NCBI GenBank assembly: GCA_051294905.1 | Contig: CM119371.1 | Coordinates: forward strand, 18,602,001 to 18,666,000 | DNA: 64,000 nt | From: Botryllus schlosseri | Taxonomy: Eukaryota | Direction of reading: 5' to 3' | In this document: positions 50,208 to 64,000 of the stretch, in pieces | Numbering within the stretch: position 1 is the stretch's first letter | Layout of the letters: each line of letters starts with the position of its first letter | Notes under the pieces: generated by a model | Told to the model about the DNA's origin: nothing | The model's input: only the letters and a program-made list of their open reading frames with translations | Databases searched by the model: none | Translations under genes and position numbers: made by a program

Positions 50208-50647
50208 TGTAAACGACTGTCATGTGCGAAAGCATAAGTAGGCCGCACGCAAACCAAAACCGTGACGGCACACACGGGCACAGCCAATCTGCGAGGCACG
50301 TGTTCTCAGAACCCGCATATTGAGGTCGGCGCGCTCGCGCTTCAGGCGTAAGTTAGACAATTGGCTCCATTTCGCTTCATTTATTCTTTATATTTCTTGT
50401 TTAACCGCAGTATCATTTGAACCTGGTAAATCTATAAGTTTCTGACCATTAATTACTACTATTCGGCTGTTCTGTGCTATAAAGAAAGCTCCTTGGATCT
50501 GCGTGTGTGATCAGGATTGCCAGAGTACTCGGAGCGGTCATTAGTCAGTGACTAGTGCGTACAACAGGAACTGTAAGCTGTAGCGTCGACTCCAATCAAG
50601 CACTATACCAGCGTGTCTTGCAACAACCCGTTGCAGCGACCGCTACA
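50208..50647 (+). repeat. 5' LTR
   Basis: Direct repeat of 54653-55092, about 7 substitutions seen. Confidence 0.95.
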
Positions 50648-50687
50648 GTCAGAAACTTTCCAGTTACAAAGTTGAAAGTCGGAGAAG

Positions 50688-52816
50688 TTGAAAGCAATGG
50701 AAGCTGCAGCAACGCCAGAGAAAGCTGACTGCTCAGCCGTACAAAGTAAAACTGTGGCAACGTCAGGGACGAGTGCTGACTGCCCAGCTCCACCAAGTTC
50801 GGAAAATGTTGAAGATGAACGTGGAAGTGTCAAGAAAGAAATTGTGGACCAGATCCCCGCGAAGAGCAAGTCAGTGGGTTCTGATGTTCCAACCAGTAGT
50901 GACGGCACTTTCCATGGATTCGATCAGAAATTGGTTGGATTTGAACGTCAGTTCCGTGAAACAAAAAGAGAAGTTGAAAGATGTTTTGATGCAACTGAGA
51001 CTGCCATAGCGCTATCCACAAATAAGGAGGAAGTGCGTGAAGAAATGAAAAAAGTTGTGTGCCATCGAAACGAGTTGAAGGGAATTACTGAAGAGATTAT
51101 TTCGAACTACGCCGAGAATACGGAAACCAAGGAATTCGCCAATAGCATGAGGTTGGTTGAAATGAAATTTGAAAAAGTCCGGCAAGCCGTTACGGATTTC
51201 GTGATGCTTCCATCCGAAAATGGATCCGTCTGTAGCCGCGCGAGATCTGGAGCCAGCTCGAGATCGAGTCGTCATACGCAAAACAGTCGCACCAGTCACA
51301 AACAGCAATTTTATGATCATCAAAAAGAAGCGGCTGCTCTGAAAACAAGACTTGAATTTACGAAGCGAGAAACGGAAGCAAAAAGAGAAGCTTTCGAAAA
51401 TGAAACTAAATGCAGGGCAGAAATTGAACGAATGAAAATGGAAAACGAAGCAAAGTTGAAGCAATTGTCTCTGGAGTCTGAGCTAGCTGAAAAACTAGCC
51501 ATGATCAAAGTTTGTGAGCAAATTGAAAGGGAGGAAAACGAAAACCTCTTTGGTTTTGATGACGATGAAGATGTCGTACGTGAAAAGCCAAGTTATAGAG
51601 ATATACGGAGTAAGGTTCCCGTGTTGAATTCGGAAGACAAGGTACAAGAGTTTATTAGTAGTAACGCACGCGTTTGCCCTGAAGTAAGGCAATGTAATGT
51701 CAAATCTAGTGAACCCGTATCCTACGGGTCAGTTATCGATAAAACCCCTGTGCAAATGAACAATGTTCCACATATTGAACCGGAAGAAACCGGCCGAAAC
51801 ACGTTTGTAAAGATGCCCGGTAATCATTCCTTCGATATACCAATTGACAGTCAGTATAACATGAGACCGTTGACGCGAATACCTGATATAAAAGTTTGGG
51901 TTTTTGATGGCGATGAAACTTATTATATGGAATGGGAAAATTCGTTTAAAGCGTTAGCTGAAGATAGAGTGTATTGTGTTCATGAAAAGATGAATTTGTT
52001 GAAACAACATCTTGGTCCGGGCCCGTTGAAAGTTGTGAAATGTTATTTTTTGCGTGGTACCGAGGAATCTTATCGAAAAGCAATAAGTGACTTGCGAAGT
52101 AGGTATGGAAGCCCTGTCGTTGTTGGGCAGGCCTTTCTTGATAAATTGAAAGGTTGGCGTCATATAAAGGAAAATGATAGACTTGGGCTGCAAGAGTTCT
52201 CTGATTTCTTGGAACCAGTTTTTGTGAACAAACGGTTTGTGCCAGAGTTAGGCACTCTTGATTACTCGTCAAATCATGTTTACGTTGTGAAAAAGTTACC
52301 TCCGTCACTTATTGACAAGTGGCGTTGTAAAGTGTCAAAGTACAAGGCACAGATGAATGATGTAAATTGCTACCCCCCATTTGAGTATTTTGTGTCATTT
52401 GTGAGAGATCAGTCTGAACGTCGAAATATGCCAGAAACAGAATGTTGGATGAAAACCGAAATAGCAATATCACGCAATCTGCTCGAAAGTATGGCAGTGA
52501 TAGGCCATGTGTTTCATTTGGAACTAAAGTTATGTCAAGCGAATATAATTGCATGTTTTGTGGAAGAAATGACCACCATATCCCAGATTGTGTGGATTTT
52601 GAGAATTTACCGTATTCTGAACGAATATCGTTTATGCGTGACAAGTTTTTATGTTATGGATGTGGGGAAAGATGTACTAGAATGCACCATGGTAAAGATT
52701 GTCCAAAACGCGTAGTTTGTGTGAAATGTGGAAAGTTACATTCAACTAGCTTGCATCCGTGCTCTGCTCCCGCTGTTTCGAATTGTATTGAAGTGTCCGA
52801 GCATGAAACTGTAGGT
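50688..52816 (+). CDS. BEL/Pao Gag-like protein (coiled coil, DUF1759-like core, three Cys/His knuckles), frameshifted near 52445
   Basis: FDGDETYYMEWENSFKAL...EKMNLLKQHL...Y..AISDLRSRYG; in the shifted frame CMFCGRNDHHIPDC, CYGC...HHGKDC, CVKCGKLHSTSLH. Confidence 0.85.
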
Positions 52817-54403
52817 CAGTGGTTTCCAACCTTTTTCGTCTCGTGCCTCCCTTGGCCGAAATTTGAGCCAAAATTCCCCCCTTAAGAGAAATCTGCCCGA
52901 TGATTAAAAAAGGTAATTTTTACCGCGCAAACACCTGTTGACTGAGAGAATAAGACGGGCAGGTACCGAGTGTTTGTTTCTAGCAGGGCTGTAACAACAC
53001 TTTGTAGACCTCCAAAAACAATGATCTTGGTCCCAATCAAACAAATTCTGTGAGGCTTGACTCAACAGACCCCCACACTTCCATTTGTGTTTTCGTCTTA
53101 CCATGCACCAATCGCTAATATAACTGCTGTGAAAAATCGGTATGCATAAATTTACTGGTCTCGCGATTTTTTTCTCAAGATTGCCTATGCATTTGGCCAA
53201 TAATATTGGTACATTCATATATAGCAGGGTTGACTAGACTCGAGTCACCATTTTCTGATGACTCGACCTGACTCGAGTCATTTTCTCAAAATATGGAAAC
53301 GACTTGAATCAAGACAATCTGTGTATTGACTCGACTTGGACTCGAGTCATTGTGCATGACTCGAACCAAGCCATATGACTCGAGACTATAAGACGGCCAT
53401 GACCGACATTTCGTTGTAATTTCGAAGAACAGTAAAGTGACCTGACCAGTGACCACCCTATTGGAATTTCGTCTATTGGTCCTGGTACTTGAAAATGCGA
53501 CAAGAAACTGCTCAAAGTGAGGAAAATTAGTATATTATAAATCCAAATTATTCAATATCACCAAACAGTGTTATAAAAAGTGGGTTTAACAAGACTTCAA
53601 CTGGAAACTGAGCAGTCAACACAATGACTTGGACTCGGACTCGGACTCGAGTCATAATACAATTACCATGACTCGGAGTCGATCCCTCTGCTCGGTGACT
53701 TGGAGTCGGACTTGACTCAATGCTGAATTGGAAATGACTCGACTTAATCTCGAGTCTAAACTATGAAAGTGAGATTGACTTATGACTCGGAGCATCGTGA
53801 CTTGGTTACAGCCCTGATATATAACATACACGTGATGAGATTTCCTGCTGGAGCTCATTGAAATTTAGGAAACCCATTACGTTTCGGCAACATTGCACTA
53901 AGTTTAACATGTCTTTTTTAGATGGGGGAGCTGCGTTCACTAAAAATAAAGCAAGGCTAGCGATCTCTTTGACTTGAATCGATGACGTTGGAATATTTTG
54001 TCACTGTCTGAAAATGTTGACTTGAAAATATAAGATAAATACCTTCACTAGAGGCCTGGTTGCGATAGATTCGGCACGACATTTGCTCGCTTATAGGATA
54101 TATTTGATTGAGAGGACGTCGCTGGCCTACAAAATTGTCTATCGAACTGCAGCACATCTGAACTAGTTAAAAAAAAACTAGGGGGAATTTGTATGTGAAA
54201 AAGAGATTTCAAATAGCATTTGAACATACTTTCAGCAATAAAACAGCCATAAGGAGCATACATTCGGATATAGCTGGTTGACTACATGACAGTTCGGACA
54301 TGAATAAGTTGGGAAATCCGTTACCATTCTAAAGTGGAATTCCTCCCTAAAAATTGCAAAATTCCCCCCAAGGGGGGAATTCCTCCCCGGTTGGGAACCA
54401 CTG
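52817..54403. mobile_element. hAT MITE inside the LTR element, with nested MITE 53225-53816
   Basis: TIR CAGTGGTT(T/C)CCAACC and TSD CTGTAGGT. The nested CAGGGTTG...CAGCCCTG element has TSD ATATATAG/ATATATAA and resembles 2992-5044. Confidence 0.9.
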
Positions 54404-54652
54404 CTGTAGGTGATTAATGATAGTATATAATTTGTGATTTGGTCTCAGATTATCCTTGTCTGTTTTGTATTATCGCTGTATGATGTATTATGCTATTAGC
54501 ATTTGCCCGTCTTTGTTGCCTGTTAGGGTCTATTTCTTTGGTGTTCGATGTAATGCTTGTAAAAGTCCGATGCCCCGACGTGGAGCCACATTGTTTACGA
54601 AAATAGTTGTAAAGACATTTTGTGTTGCACAAAAATGTCCTTAAGGGGGGAG

Positions 54653-55092
54653 TGTAAACGACTGTCATGCGCGAAAGCATAAGTAGGCCGCACGCAAACC
54701 AAAACCGTGACGGCACGCACGGGCACAGGCAATCTGCGAGGCACGTGTTCTCAGAACCCGCATATTGAGGTCGGCGCGCTCGCGCTTCAGTCGTAAGTTA
54801 GACAATTGGCTCCATTTCGCTTCATTTATTCTTTATATTTCTTGTTTAACCGCAGTATCATTTGAACCTGGTAAATCTACAAGTTTCTGACCATTAATTA
54901 CTACTATTCGGCTGTTCTGTGCTATAAAGAAAGCTCCTTGGATCTGCGTGTGTGATCAGGATTGCCAGAGTACTCAGAGCGGTCATTAGTCAGTGACTAG
55001 TGCGTACAACAGGAACTGTAAGCTGTAGCGTCGACTCCAATCAAGCACTATACCAGCGTGTCTTGCAACAAGCCGTTGCAGCGACCGCTACA
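54653..55092 (+). repeat. 3' LTR
   Basis: Direct repeat of 50208-50647. Confidence 0.95.
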
Positions 55093-55744
55093 GCACATAT
55101 TCTTTTATTCAATACCTTGTTTGAGTGGAATTTTTTTTCGACTCATTTATAAAATTCATATGGTGGGGAACGATGATACAATAGCCAAAATCAAGCAAAT
55201 TAGTTGCACTAACTATTCATACAACATCTGAAACATTCCTACATACAGAAACTCGTTATGTAATAATTGCTTGTGCTCGCTATAACGAGGTATTTGGAAG
55301 TCAAAATGTCGATCAACGAGCAATATGTAACTACCCTCAAATTGATAAGTTCGAGCCTAAATCGAAACGTGATTATATGGCAACATTTAAGTTAATATTA
55401 ATTCTATATTTTAACGGTTGCGACCATACATTCTTCTTTGGCATGCTGTAGCCCAGGTTATACTACACAGCAAGAAAAGATGTAACATCTGAGTTTTTGA
55501 GAATATATCTCATAGGTCCCCGGGTCGTGCGCCTTCGGACCCACCGGGTTGGGACCGATGACACGTTCGAGCAACAAATTTTGAACGTTCATAAATATTT
55601 TTTGAAAAGACGGATATTCATGTATATAAGCGCGATAGGTAGAGATTGTATCAAAGTGTTGAGTCAGCAAAAGATCTGCTGTTACCGGCTGAACATTTTG
55701 GGGCCAAAGGTCATTTTCCAATTTTTGATCCGTCGGTACCACAT

Positions 55745-55910
55745 CTCCCCTACTTGTGCGATTTTGATTCAGAGGTAAAGATGTCATTGAAATATTTGGG
55801 GCAACGACTGCAGTGGAATTGATACATAAACTTGGCGATTTCTAGTTTCCGCATGTCTTCTATGTTTAGGAAACCGAATCTCTTCAGAAGCGACTTGTTG
55901 GAAGGGCAGG
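55745..55910 (-). pseudogene. CR1/L2-group LINE ORF2 fragment
   Basis: SLLKRFGFLNIEDMRKLEIAKFMYQFH...PKYFNDIF. Confidence 0.55.
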
Positions 55911-55984
55911 GCAGACAGGCCCCAGGTGAGGGTATATATATATCGGCTTTCAATTAAATAAAAGGGCAAAAGAAAACAGGAAAC

Positions 55985-56866
55985 AAATGAACATCAAGAT
56001 AATCAATTTTGGGCCCTTATTAAGCGCCTCCAGCGTGGGCGGTCGTGGGCGTCTTCGAGGGATAGCCCGCCTTGCGCTAGCTCGGTCTCTATTGTTGAGC
56101 GCCATGTGGTTCTATTCCAGCCACCTCTGCGCCATGGCTCCGTCGGAATGTGGTTGATGATGGCGGCGGCTGGTTGATCGTCTTGATGCCGCACTAGATG
56201 ACCGATTAAGCGTAAGCGTCGTTCAGCAGCCAGCAAACGGCATGGGACTGTTTTTGTGAGTTTGCCCAGAGCATTGGTGGATATGTGCTCCGGATGGTGG
56301 ATGCCGAGTGCGTAACGGAGGAGTGCATCGTAGTTGGCGTTGAGTGTCTTAGCCAGCTTTTCCGTCGTCGTGAGTGCTTCTATTCCGTAGAGAAGAACCT
56401 GCTCGACAGTGGCACGGAAGATGCGGGTCTTGAGCTGGGTTGAGGCACTTGAATGGAAGAGGCTATGTAGCCGTCTTACCGCGCCCCAGGCCTTTGCTCG
56501 CCTCGCCTTGAGCGCTTTTCCAGAGTCAGCGACGTCAATACCGAGGTATACAAAACTCGTTACATACTTGAGATCGATATCTCCCAGTTGAATTGGTGTC
56601 GCGTTCTCCGGTAGAGCTGTATGGCCAGAACCTCGGTCTTCTTAGCGTTGACCTGGAGGCCAACAAGAGCGGCGGCGGCCTCTAGCTGGTTAATGAGGCC
56701 CTGTGCCGATGCGGTGTTCGGGGCAAGCAGGGCTAGGTCGTCTGCGTAGGCAAGAATACCTACGTGGATTGCCTCGCGGGTCGTACGCGTGCGCGTTCCT
56801 TGCCGTGGCCACCATTCAAAGAAGTTCGTAGTATCCGGGAAGGCCGTTCGTAGCACGAAGTCAAGG
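55985..56866 (-). mobile_element. 5'-truncated RTE-like LINE
   Basis: RT motif LAYADDLALLA...VGLQVNAKKTEVL; C-terminal RRLRLIGHLVRH...RTTWRSTIE...DRPRWRRLI; frameshifted; GC-rich relative to flanks. Confidence 0.8.
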
Positions 56867-57741
56867 TGAGGCGGCAGGCCTTCACAAGATCGCCCTGCTG
56901 AGGTTCTGGTCCCATTATAAGGCCACTAACTGGATTGTTATTATTCGGTTTCCATTCGAATAAATACGACTTCGTTGTTAACTATAGCCTCTATCCAGAG
57001 CAGTAACAACACTTTGTGACCTCCTTCCAAAACGTTGATCTTGCCCGCTCCCCCCCCCCCCATAGGGCGAACGACGTAACTTCATTCTTTTGAGGCGTCG
57101 TAGAGCATGAACTCTTTATTACACACCACGCAGAAAATACGTTCAAAGCAATTAAAAAATACGTGTTTAATTTCTCTAGGCCTTCGTCCAAATTATTGCG
57201 TTAAAATTGAGATAAAAGGTTTCTTTATATGTGACCGAACCGCGTTTGAGAACCACTGTGTTTGAGTGAGAGATCGCACTTGGTCGTTTCGACATCCTCC
57301 TCTCATTACATTACATCGCATTGTGTTTTGTGTGGCGCGGTGTACACTGTGTGTTTTGATCGGTAAAAATAAATAAACCCGCCCATTGCATATTAATTTA
57401 TCGCACTTTCAATAGAGATTGCGCCGCTAGCACATCATTTGTAGGGCTGGGTAAAATCGAGTACCTGAGTGATTCGATTCTGAATCATGTATTATGCTTC
57501 GAGTCGAGTCGAGTAATCGAGTATCACTCATTATGACTTCATAACAGAACATATTATGTCAAGGTTCAAACATGTACCTTTCATGCAACCGCAAAGAATA
57601 AAATGCCTGTTCCTGTTACCCATCACATTAGACACTTTGGTATTTTTTCGACCATACCGATTTTATTGCACTTGGTGACTATGTTGTGGGACGATCATGA
57701 AATGTGCTAGTTCCAGTAACGTTCGTAGCTTTGCACTATAT

Positions 57742-59585
57742 CAGTGATTCCCAACCGCGGACCCCAGCTAGCCTTCTTGCGGCCCCCACAAAAATATTGA
57801 GAAATCGATTTATGAAAAAAATTATATTTAAAAAATACTCTTGCTTAACTTGGAGTCTGGAGTTTTCAATTAGGATTGCAGGAAAGTTGTGAGTAGAATA
57901 CTTAGATTACGTCACTGCTGTTTCAATGCAATGTGCCGTAACTTTCCAGTTGAACGGGCAGTACCTATATAGATATAGGTATTGACAGGACCGTAACTGC
58001 CGCACCCCAAGCCCCCCAATTGGGGGAGCGAGCTCGAAGGGGACCCAAAATTATTTAGTGAATTAGCATAAATTATAAAGTATGTTATGAAATTTTATGC
58101 AACTTTTTCAAAGATTTTTCGCACTGCGCGCGATTTCAAGTTTCCAAGTACCTAAATTATTGGGTACTCTTCGACCAAGATGAAATGCGCAAGATTTATA
58201 GAAGTGGGCATATCGGCGTTGGCCATTACCGCGCCACGACACACGAATACATGTAAAGTTTTAGGCCATGTAACATGCGATTCCAAGAAGTGTGCCAGAA
58301 CGATCGGCAGCGAGAAAACCTTGGCCGAAAAGGACTGCCCTTACGCTGACCGAAAACTTCGTTATGTATATTCATAATACATATAGGTATAATTGACCAT
58401 AGGGCATAGGCGCCTAAATCACTGGCGCCGAATGTTCCTGTCTTGGCAATCTGAACGTCACGAGACAAATAGGCTACCATCCCGCAGGGAATAATTATAT
58501 GCCAGTGAAGAGCTACCAATTTGAAATCGTGTGTCTTTTAGTTCAGTATGTTAGGGCGATTCTATATTTCTTGATATAGCAGACTGGAGGTCACGAAATA
58601 ACAAATAACATAATGTAACGAAGTCGTACCAACGGGTCCACCCATCCGAATATGTTTAAATATTATTCACGGGCCCTACAGTTTCCAAGACACCTCACTC
58701 ATCTCCACCGGCAAATCTGATTACGTGGGCAGCGAGGACAAGTAATTGATCGCAATATATATGCAATTCCCGATCTTATTGATCTATTTTATTTTGAATT
58801 ATCAAAACATTTCGCGCTCCTCGCTGGCTCACTAATCGGGGATCCTGATTTCGCGGCAGAAGCGAACAACGGCACGGGGGTCGGTTTATCACCCTATGGG
58901 AGCTCAAGACCCAAGTGTTTTGGGGGGCTTGACGAAGTGCTGTTTCGTTCCTACGAACGGGTATACGCCCGAAGATGTTTAATTATTATTGAGTGGTCCT
59001 ACCTTTTCAAACACAACTCACTAGGCTCAACCGGCCAATCTGATTACGTGAGCAGAGAGAGGATAAAAATTGATACCAATATATATGCAATTCCCGATTA
59101 TGTTGACCGATTCAATCATGAATTATAGAAATTTTTCGCGCTTCGCGTGATTAGTCCAGAGAGGCTGCCTAAAACGGACACCCGATTTAGATGATAAATA
59201 GCGGTAAACAGCCATCTAGCCTGGGGGGTCTGGGGGCTTCGAATTTCTGTTTATCGCCCTATGGGGGGCCAAGAGAAACGTTTTTTTGGGGAGGGTGACG
59301 AAGTGCTGTTACGGCCCTGGGTATTGATAACTAATCTACGGATAGATGTGCAACTAGTAACTCACGATTGAATACGCTGAGATGCGCACTGCTTAGCCGG
59401 CAAAAAGCAGCATAATTTGTAGTCCTATAGCTCGCGACCCAAACGTCCGAATAATTTGATATGTCGGTGTTTATCGAAAGCAAGTGTCGCACTGATTCCA
59501 AAAATACGAATTGAAATCTCGCCAGGGCAGTAAAACTACTCTGAAATAGCCAGCAAAGGTTGATTGTTCTGAACAACGGGAGCGA
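57742..59585 (+). mobile_element. Right-truncated copy of the composite hAT MITE at 33443
   Basis: Collinear with 33443-35295, including the nested element 57986-59319 with TSD GGTATTGA. Confidence 0.85.
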
Positions 59586-59606
59586 TGAGCGATTCGAGTA
59601 TTAAAG

Positions 59607-61131
59607 CAGAGGTCTCAAACTCAAATGTGCCCGCGGGCCATTTCCTAGTCTTTGATGACGCCGCGGGCCGCTGCATTAATAATCGGAATATTCAATATAT
59701 AGGTTCCAACTAGGCCTTATTTGACGGGTCCTTGCAGACAGGCATTCCACAAACATCGTGGAAATGTGATTTACCATTGCATTGACAGGAAATAAAATCA
59801 CATTTTCAGATATTTGAATAATTTTTCTGTGACTGGCATAATTTTTCTAATTAATAAGTTATAGACATAATACGGGAGGATGCACCATGACATCGCACAA
59901 CTGTCAGGTTTTAATAGTGCACCAAGGGGACCTTTGACGTGCCACAATTTGATGTAGTGTATTTTAAAATATACTGAAGATTGATCTGATATCAGAGCAT
60001 TTGAGCGGCGTAGTCTAATCCTGGTTTTGATAAAGTCGCGATAAATATAGGATATTGTTATTGTCATTGCCAAAGTCAAATTAAATCCGCGCTAAATTTT
60101 GCATTCGAATATTATTGGAACATATCAATAACAACTTATATATAATAATTATTGAGCCACAGTAATAGCATTGCTTCTTTGCCTTTTTAGCGATCGTACC
60201 CCTTGTGCTTCCAATGAGGTTTCTCGTAGCGCCTATCCATTTCAGCACAATTTCTGATGGTACCTATATTAAAATCAGAAAGCCCATTTATTTTCCAGTT
60301 GAATAAATTGGCCAAGAAAATATTCCACAGTATATAGGCCTAATTCCACAATGCATCTTGCACACCGTGATGTGGTGCTTCCTACCCCGATGGGGTCTAC
60401 GGACCCTGGTTAAGAACCCCTGGATTAGAAATGCCCAATCGGCGAATAATTCATTGGTGTTACAGCTGTAGAGCGTAGTACTACCCTACTCGCCTACGAT
60501 AATAACATGGACAAAGAGAATAAACAACAGCCAGCATGTAACCGCAACTATACGTCACGGGGGTCATAGAATGCCAATGGTTGCCATACTAACTTGATTA
60601 CATAGTTATACACCCCAAGCAGCGCTAGCTACGACCTTTTGATATATTACTATTCTCCATGACAGTTTCATAGATTGTTGCGCCAGTAGGATTAACAATT
60701 CACCGTTTCGATTCGCAAGTCATTGTCTGTTTTTAACGTTTGATCCGACTCAACTCGAGTCATTTTTATTTAATCACTCAGTCAATCCAAAACCGAGTCA
60801 TTTTACGAGAAGGTCGCACCAAACCAAACCACAATTTAAAGTCACGAATCATCAACGGGTCATGTTCTATCGTCATGAACTAGAAATGTGACGTAATAGC
60901 TGATCTTCTGCCTCATGGTAGCTTTTAAAAGTGATATGATAGTGAAGTTTGTTGAGATCCCAGTGATTTTTATAGTAGTTTTAGATTGAACTTTAAGCTC
61001 TTATATCTAAAAAAATATATGACAGTTGAATACATTGTTGAATACTTGAAATTCCAAAATGCCGTCACGGGCCGCACAAAATGCTCTTGCGGGCCGCATG
61101 CGGCTCGCGGGCCGCGTGTTTGAGACCTCTG
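59607..61131 (-). mobile_element. hAT MITE, diverged inverted copy of 29746-31305
   Basis: TIR CAGAGGTCTCAAAC; degenerate TSD TATTAAAG/CGTTAAAG. Confidence 0.85.
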
Positions 61132-64000
61132 CGTTAAAGGATTACATTACTCTAAAAATATTTTAACGAAACGTAAGTTTCAAAAAAGTCTGGAAAAATA
61201 TCGCTTGAGAAACTAGAAATATTGAGAGATGCACCTGATCCGCGGTACGCCATATACATTGCGAATTTTGTGACAGTCCACCGGTCCCCCGTTTAGATGC
61301 GAGCTATTTCGCTGTGGTCCGCTCGGTCGTCGGTCCGCAGTTCCGCTTGGTCCGCCGTTTAGTATTGCAAGTTCCGCAGTCCGCTCTTTCCGCCGTTCAG
61401 AGTTGCCCTGCCTTATCGAATGGTTTCTTATCGCATTGTAGTGTACATCGTGTTTGTCTTGTTCAGATAAAAATAAAATCGGACGATTATTATCATTATT
61501 GATATGACCCATCATAATCAAAACCATTTCTTTTAGAAATTTCATAGATTGAAAATACTGTCGCGCATCCAACGAGCATGGGAGCATTAATAAGTTTTCG
61601 TGTTATCCTAATTTGTAATTGCGAGGTTCTGCCTAGAAGTTGCAACCCACTGAGCTATATAACCTCATTCAACTAGATAACGCCAGATGGCGTAAATGCA
61701 CAACGGTAAGTCGGTGACTTCCATTATGGGGTTTCCCCTCAAGAAAAGAAAGCGCAAGTATCATTTTGAATATAGATAAGATAACTAACCTACATAGGTC
61801 AGTTATCTATAGTATGATGAAGGGCCATGTTAAATTGTTAATTCTCAAGTGTCAGTGTCAACAGCAGAACGTGATCTTTGAAATCGAGAAATTGTTTCTC
61901 GTGTCGTGTCAGTCGATAAGTTGAATATGTCAGATGAGGGATTATGATGCACAGTCGCAATGCAGGCATTGTTCATGTTCATGGTCTATAGCGATCAGTT
62001 TATGTTGATGTGTGATTTTGTATTCCATACATTCTTTACTATAGCAACTGCTACCGATTTTTGAAAAGATATCTCGTTTGCACTTCTTTTCAAACAAAGT
62101 TTTTCATGCTTTTCTAACTCAAAGATATCAGAGTAGGTTACTGAAATCCTAGTGATTCTGCAATTTACTACTGATACTTCCTGACGCTGTGACGATTCCG
62201 ATTTCAGTGTGCATCAGAAATGGTATACCCAAGAGTGGCCAACCTGCAGCCATAGAACGAAAATCATGCGGCGGTCATTACATGTTGAAATTTACGTACG
62301 TTGGCGGCCGGTAACATGCATTTGAATTAGAGAATGGGATCATAAATTTCTGATTGATTCAATTCAACTTTAATATTTCTTTGCACCTCACGTGATTCAC
62401 GGGACTTGGTTTAAATCGTTTTAACATAACATATTGTGGAGGTCTACCGATATTGCTTTTGCAGTCCGATACCGATTATCGACACACTCGCAAGGCCGGT
62501 TACCGATAGCATAGGTTGATATACATATGGAAGGCGCAGAGAGCCATTTGGCCGAAAATATCGTGTGTTAGGCAAGATGGCCATTGTACATGCCACAGAA
62601 AGCTGAACAACAAACAAGCAAACTGAAATTAGAAAGAATTATTGCTGAATTGTTCACATTCATTGAAATCTGGGCTAACCCAAAAAGCAAAACATACTAC
62701 AGAATTACAGATCAATCCAGTAGTTGTAATTTGTAATGCAGGAGGCACAAAGTTTTTCTGCATAACCACATAGTAAAACTCGTCCTGCAAGCGTAAATCT
62801 GTCCCGTGTCTCCCTTTGTGTCGTTGATTTCTTGAGATTGTGAACTCGGAGCATTAAATCTCCAATATTTTTTCAATATATAAAATATTGGCCTTCAAAT
62901 GCCGATATCGATAATCGGGGAAAGTTCCAAATATCGGCCTCGATAATCGGTCGACCTTTTGCACTCTGAGCCTCATGGCACAAATGAGAACCGCATAATA
63001 CGATGATACGCTCACATAAATTAAAACCAATTTGGAATCGTGTGTGTCTCACGAATGAAGGTTTTTGGTACGTTCAAGCGATTCCTATTTTCACTATATT
63101 GACAATTCTGATGGGGGGAGGGGAAGGAATGAATTACATGCGAATAACTGATGCATTCATGCAACATCTATTGTTGCATATAATTGTAATTGTGTACCAG
63201 GAACCCTGTCGTGTTCTACTTGCCGTAGTTTGGATCTACTTGCAAAACTTATATCACTTGTACTTTAGCATAATTTCTAGCAATCATTCTACTTAAGTGG
63301 TGCATGTATTAGTGAATTATTTGACTCTCGGTAGCAAGGGACTTATTTTTTGCGGATAATGAAAGTAGGTTTCTATCTATTATATCTATGCTTCTTGCTC
63401 AAATGTTATATTCATAAGACTACCTCCACTTCAATTGATTCTTCAGCGAGACAGCTACATTTTTACCTGATGTCAGGTAGAACTTAGATTTATTTTAGAT
63501 CTCAATCATTTTTGTTAGTGAAAATGTTGTACGGGTAACCACCTTCCATAAAAATCCCAGCAGACAGAACGTAATACATGGCCTTCAACCTGAGCTACAA
63601 AGAAGTATCATGGCTCCATTAGCTCAGCCATGGGACAACTAAATAATAGTGATATGCAGACGCGAGGTTGCCGTCCGTATTCATTTTTCAAATTTTACTG
63701 GCTTCTTGACTGAATTGTTAAGTAACCTAATAACGCTGTGCACTGCACCAATTTCGAGGCAATTCTAACCTATAGAAGCATTGCTATTTAAGTAGAAGGT
63801 TTTGGATTTATTTATAAAATTATAATCAAAATGTTAGTGGTGAGTGGTGACCTCATTCATTTGTTAGGCTGCCTGAATTGATCCACAACAAATTTGACTC
63901 GATTCCAACCGGTAGACCTGTACCGGTAGTTATTAAAAATGTAGGATTTCTAATCATAGTACCGTAATTTTCTGAATATAGTGCGCCCCCATGTATAATA

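Larger units (their letters stand above)
50208..55092 (+). mobile_element. BEL/Pao LTR retrotransposon, gag-only (no pol)
   Basis: 440-bp LTRs TGT...ACA at 50208-50647 and 54653-55092; 5-bp TSD GCACA; PPT AAGGGGGGAG before the 3' LTR. Confidence 0.92.

Overview
AT-rich, transposon-dense animal genomic DNA; the species cannot be determined from the sequence. The dominant structure is a 20.8-kb giant palindromic element (5387-26143). It has Polinton/Maverick-type termini (5'-AGTAGT...ACTACT-3') and a 6-bp flanking direct repeat (TATATA). Removing three later insertions leaves two near-identical ~6.5-kb inverted arms around a 491-bp spacer. I recognise no Polinton core gene in it. Each arm instead carries an intronless three-BIR IAP gene (left copy intact, right copy split by a Sola-like foldback element), and a C2H2 zinc-finger terminal exon straddles the fold point. 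To its left lies a two-exon Bcl-2/Mcl-1-like gene whose conserved BH2 Trp codon is TGA at the splice donor. The rest of the window holds a 16-finger C2H2 gene, a twice-present 1.55-kb unit with tRNA-like cassettes and an ...CTACTACT end, a decayed PIF/Harbinger element, a gag-only BEL/Pao LTR element, LINE fragments and many hAT-type MITEs, often nested. All calls are by eye; no searches were run.
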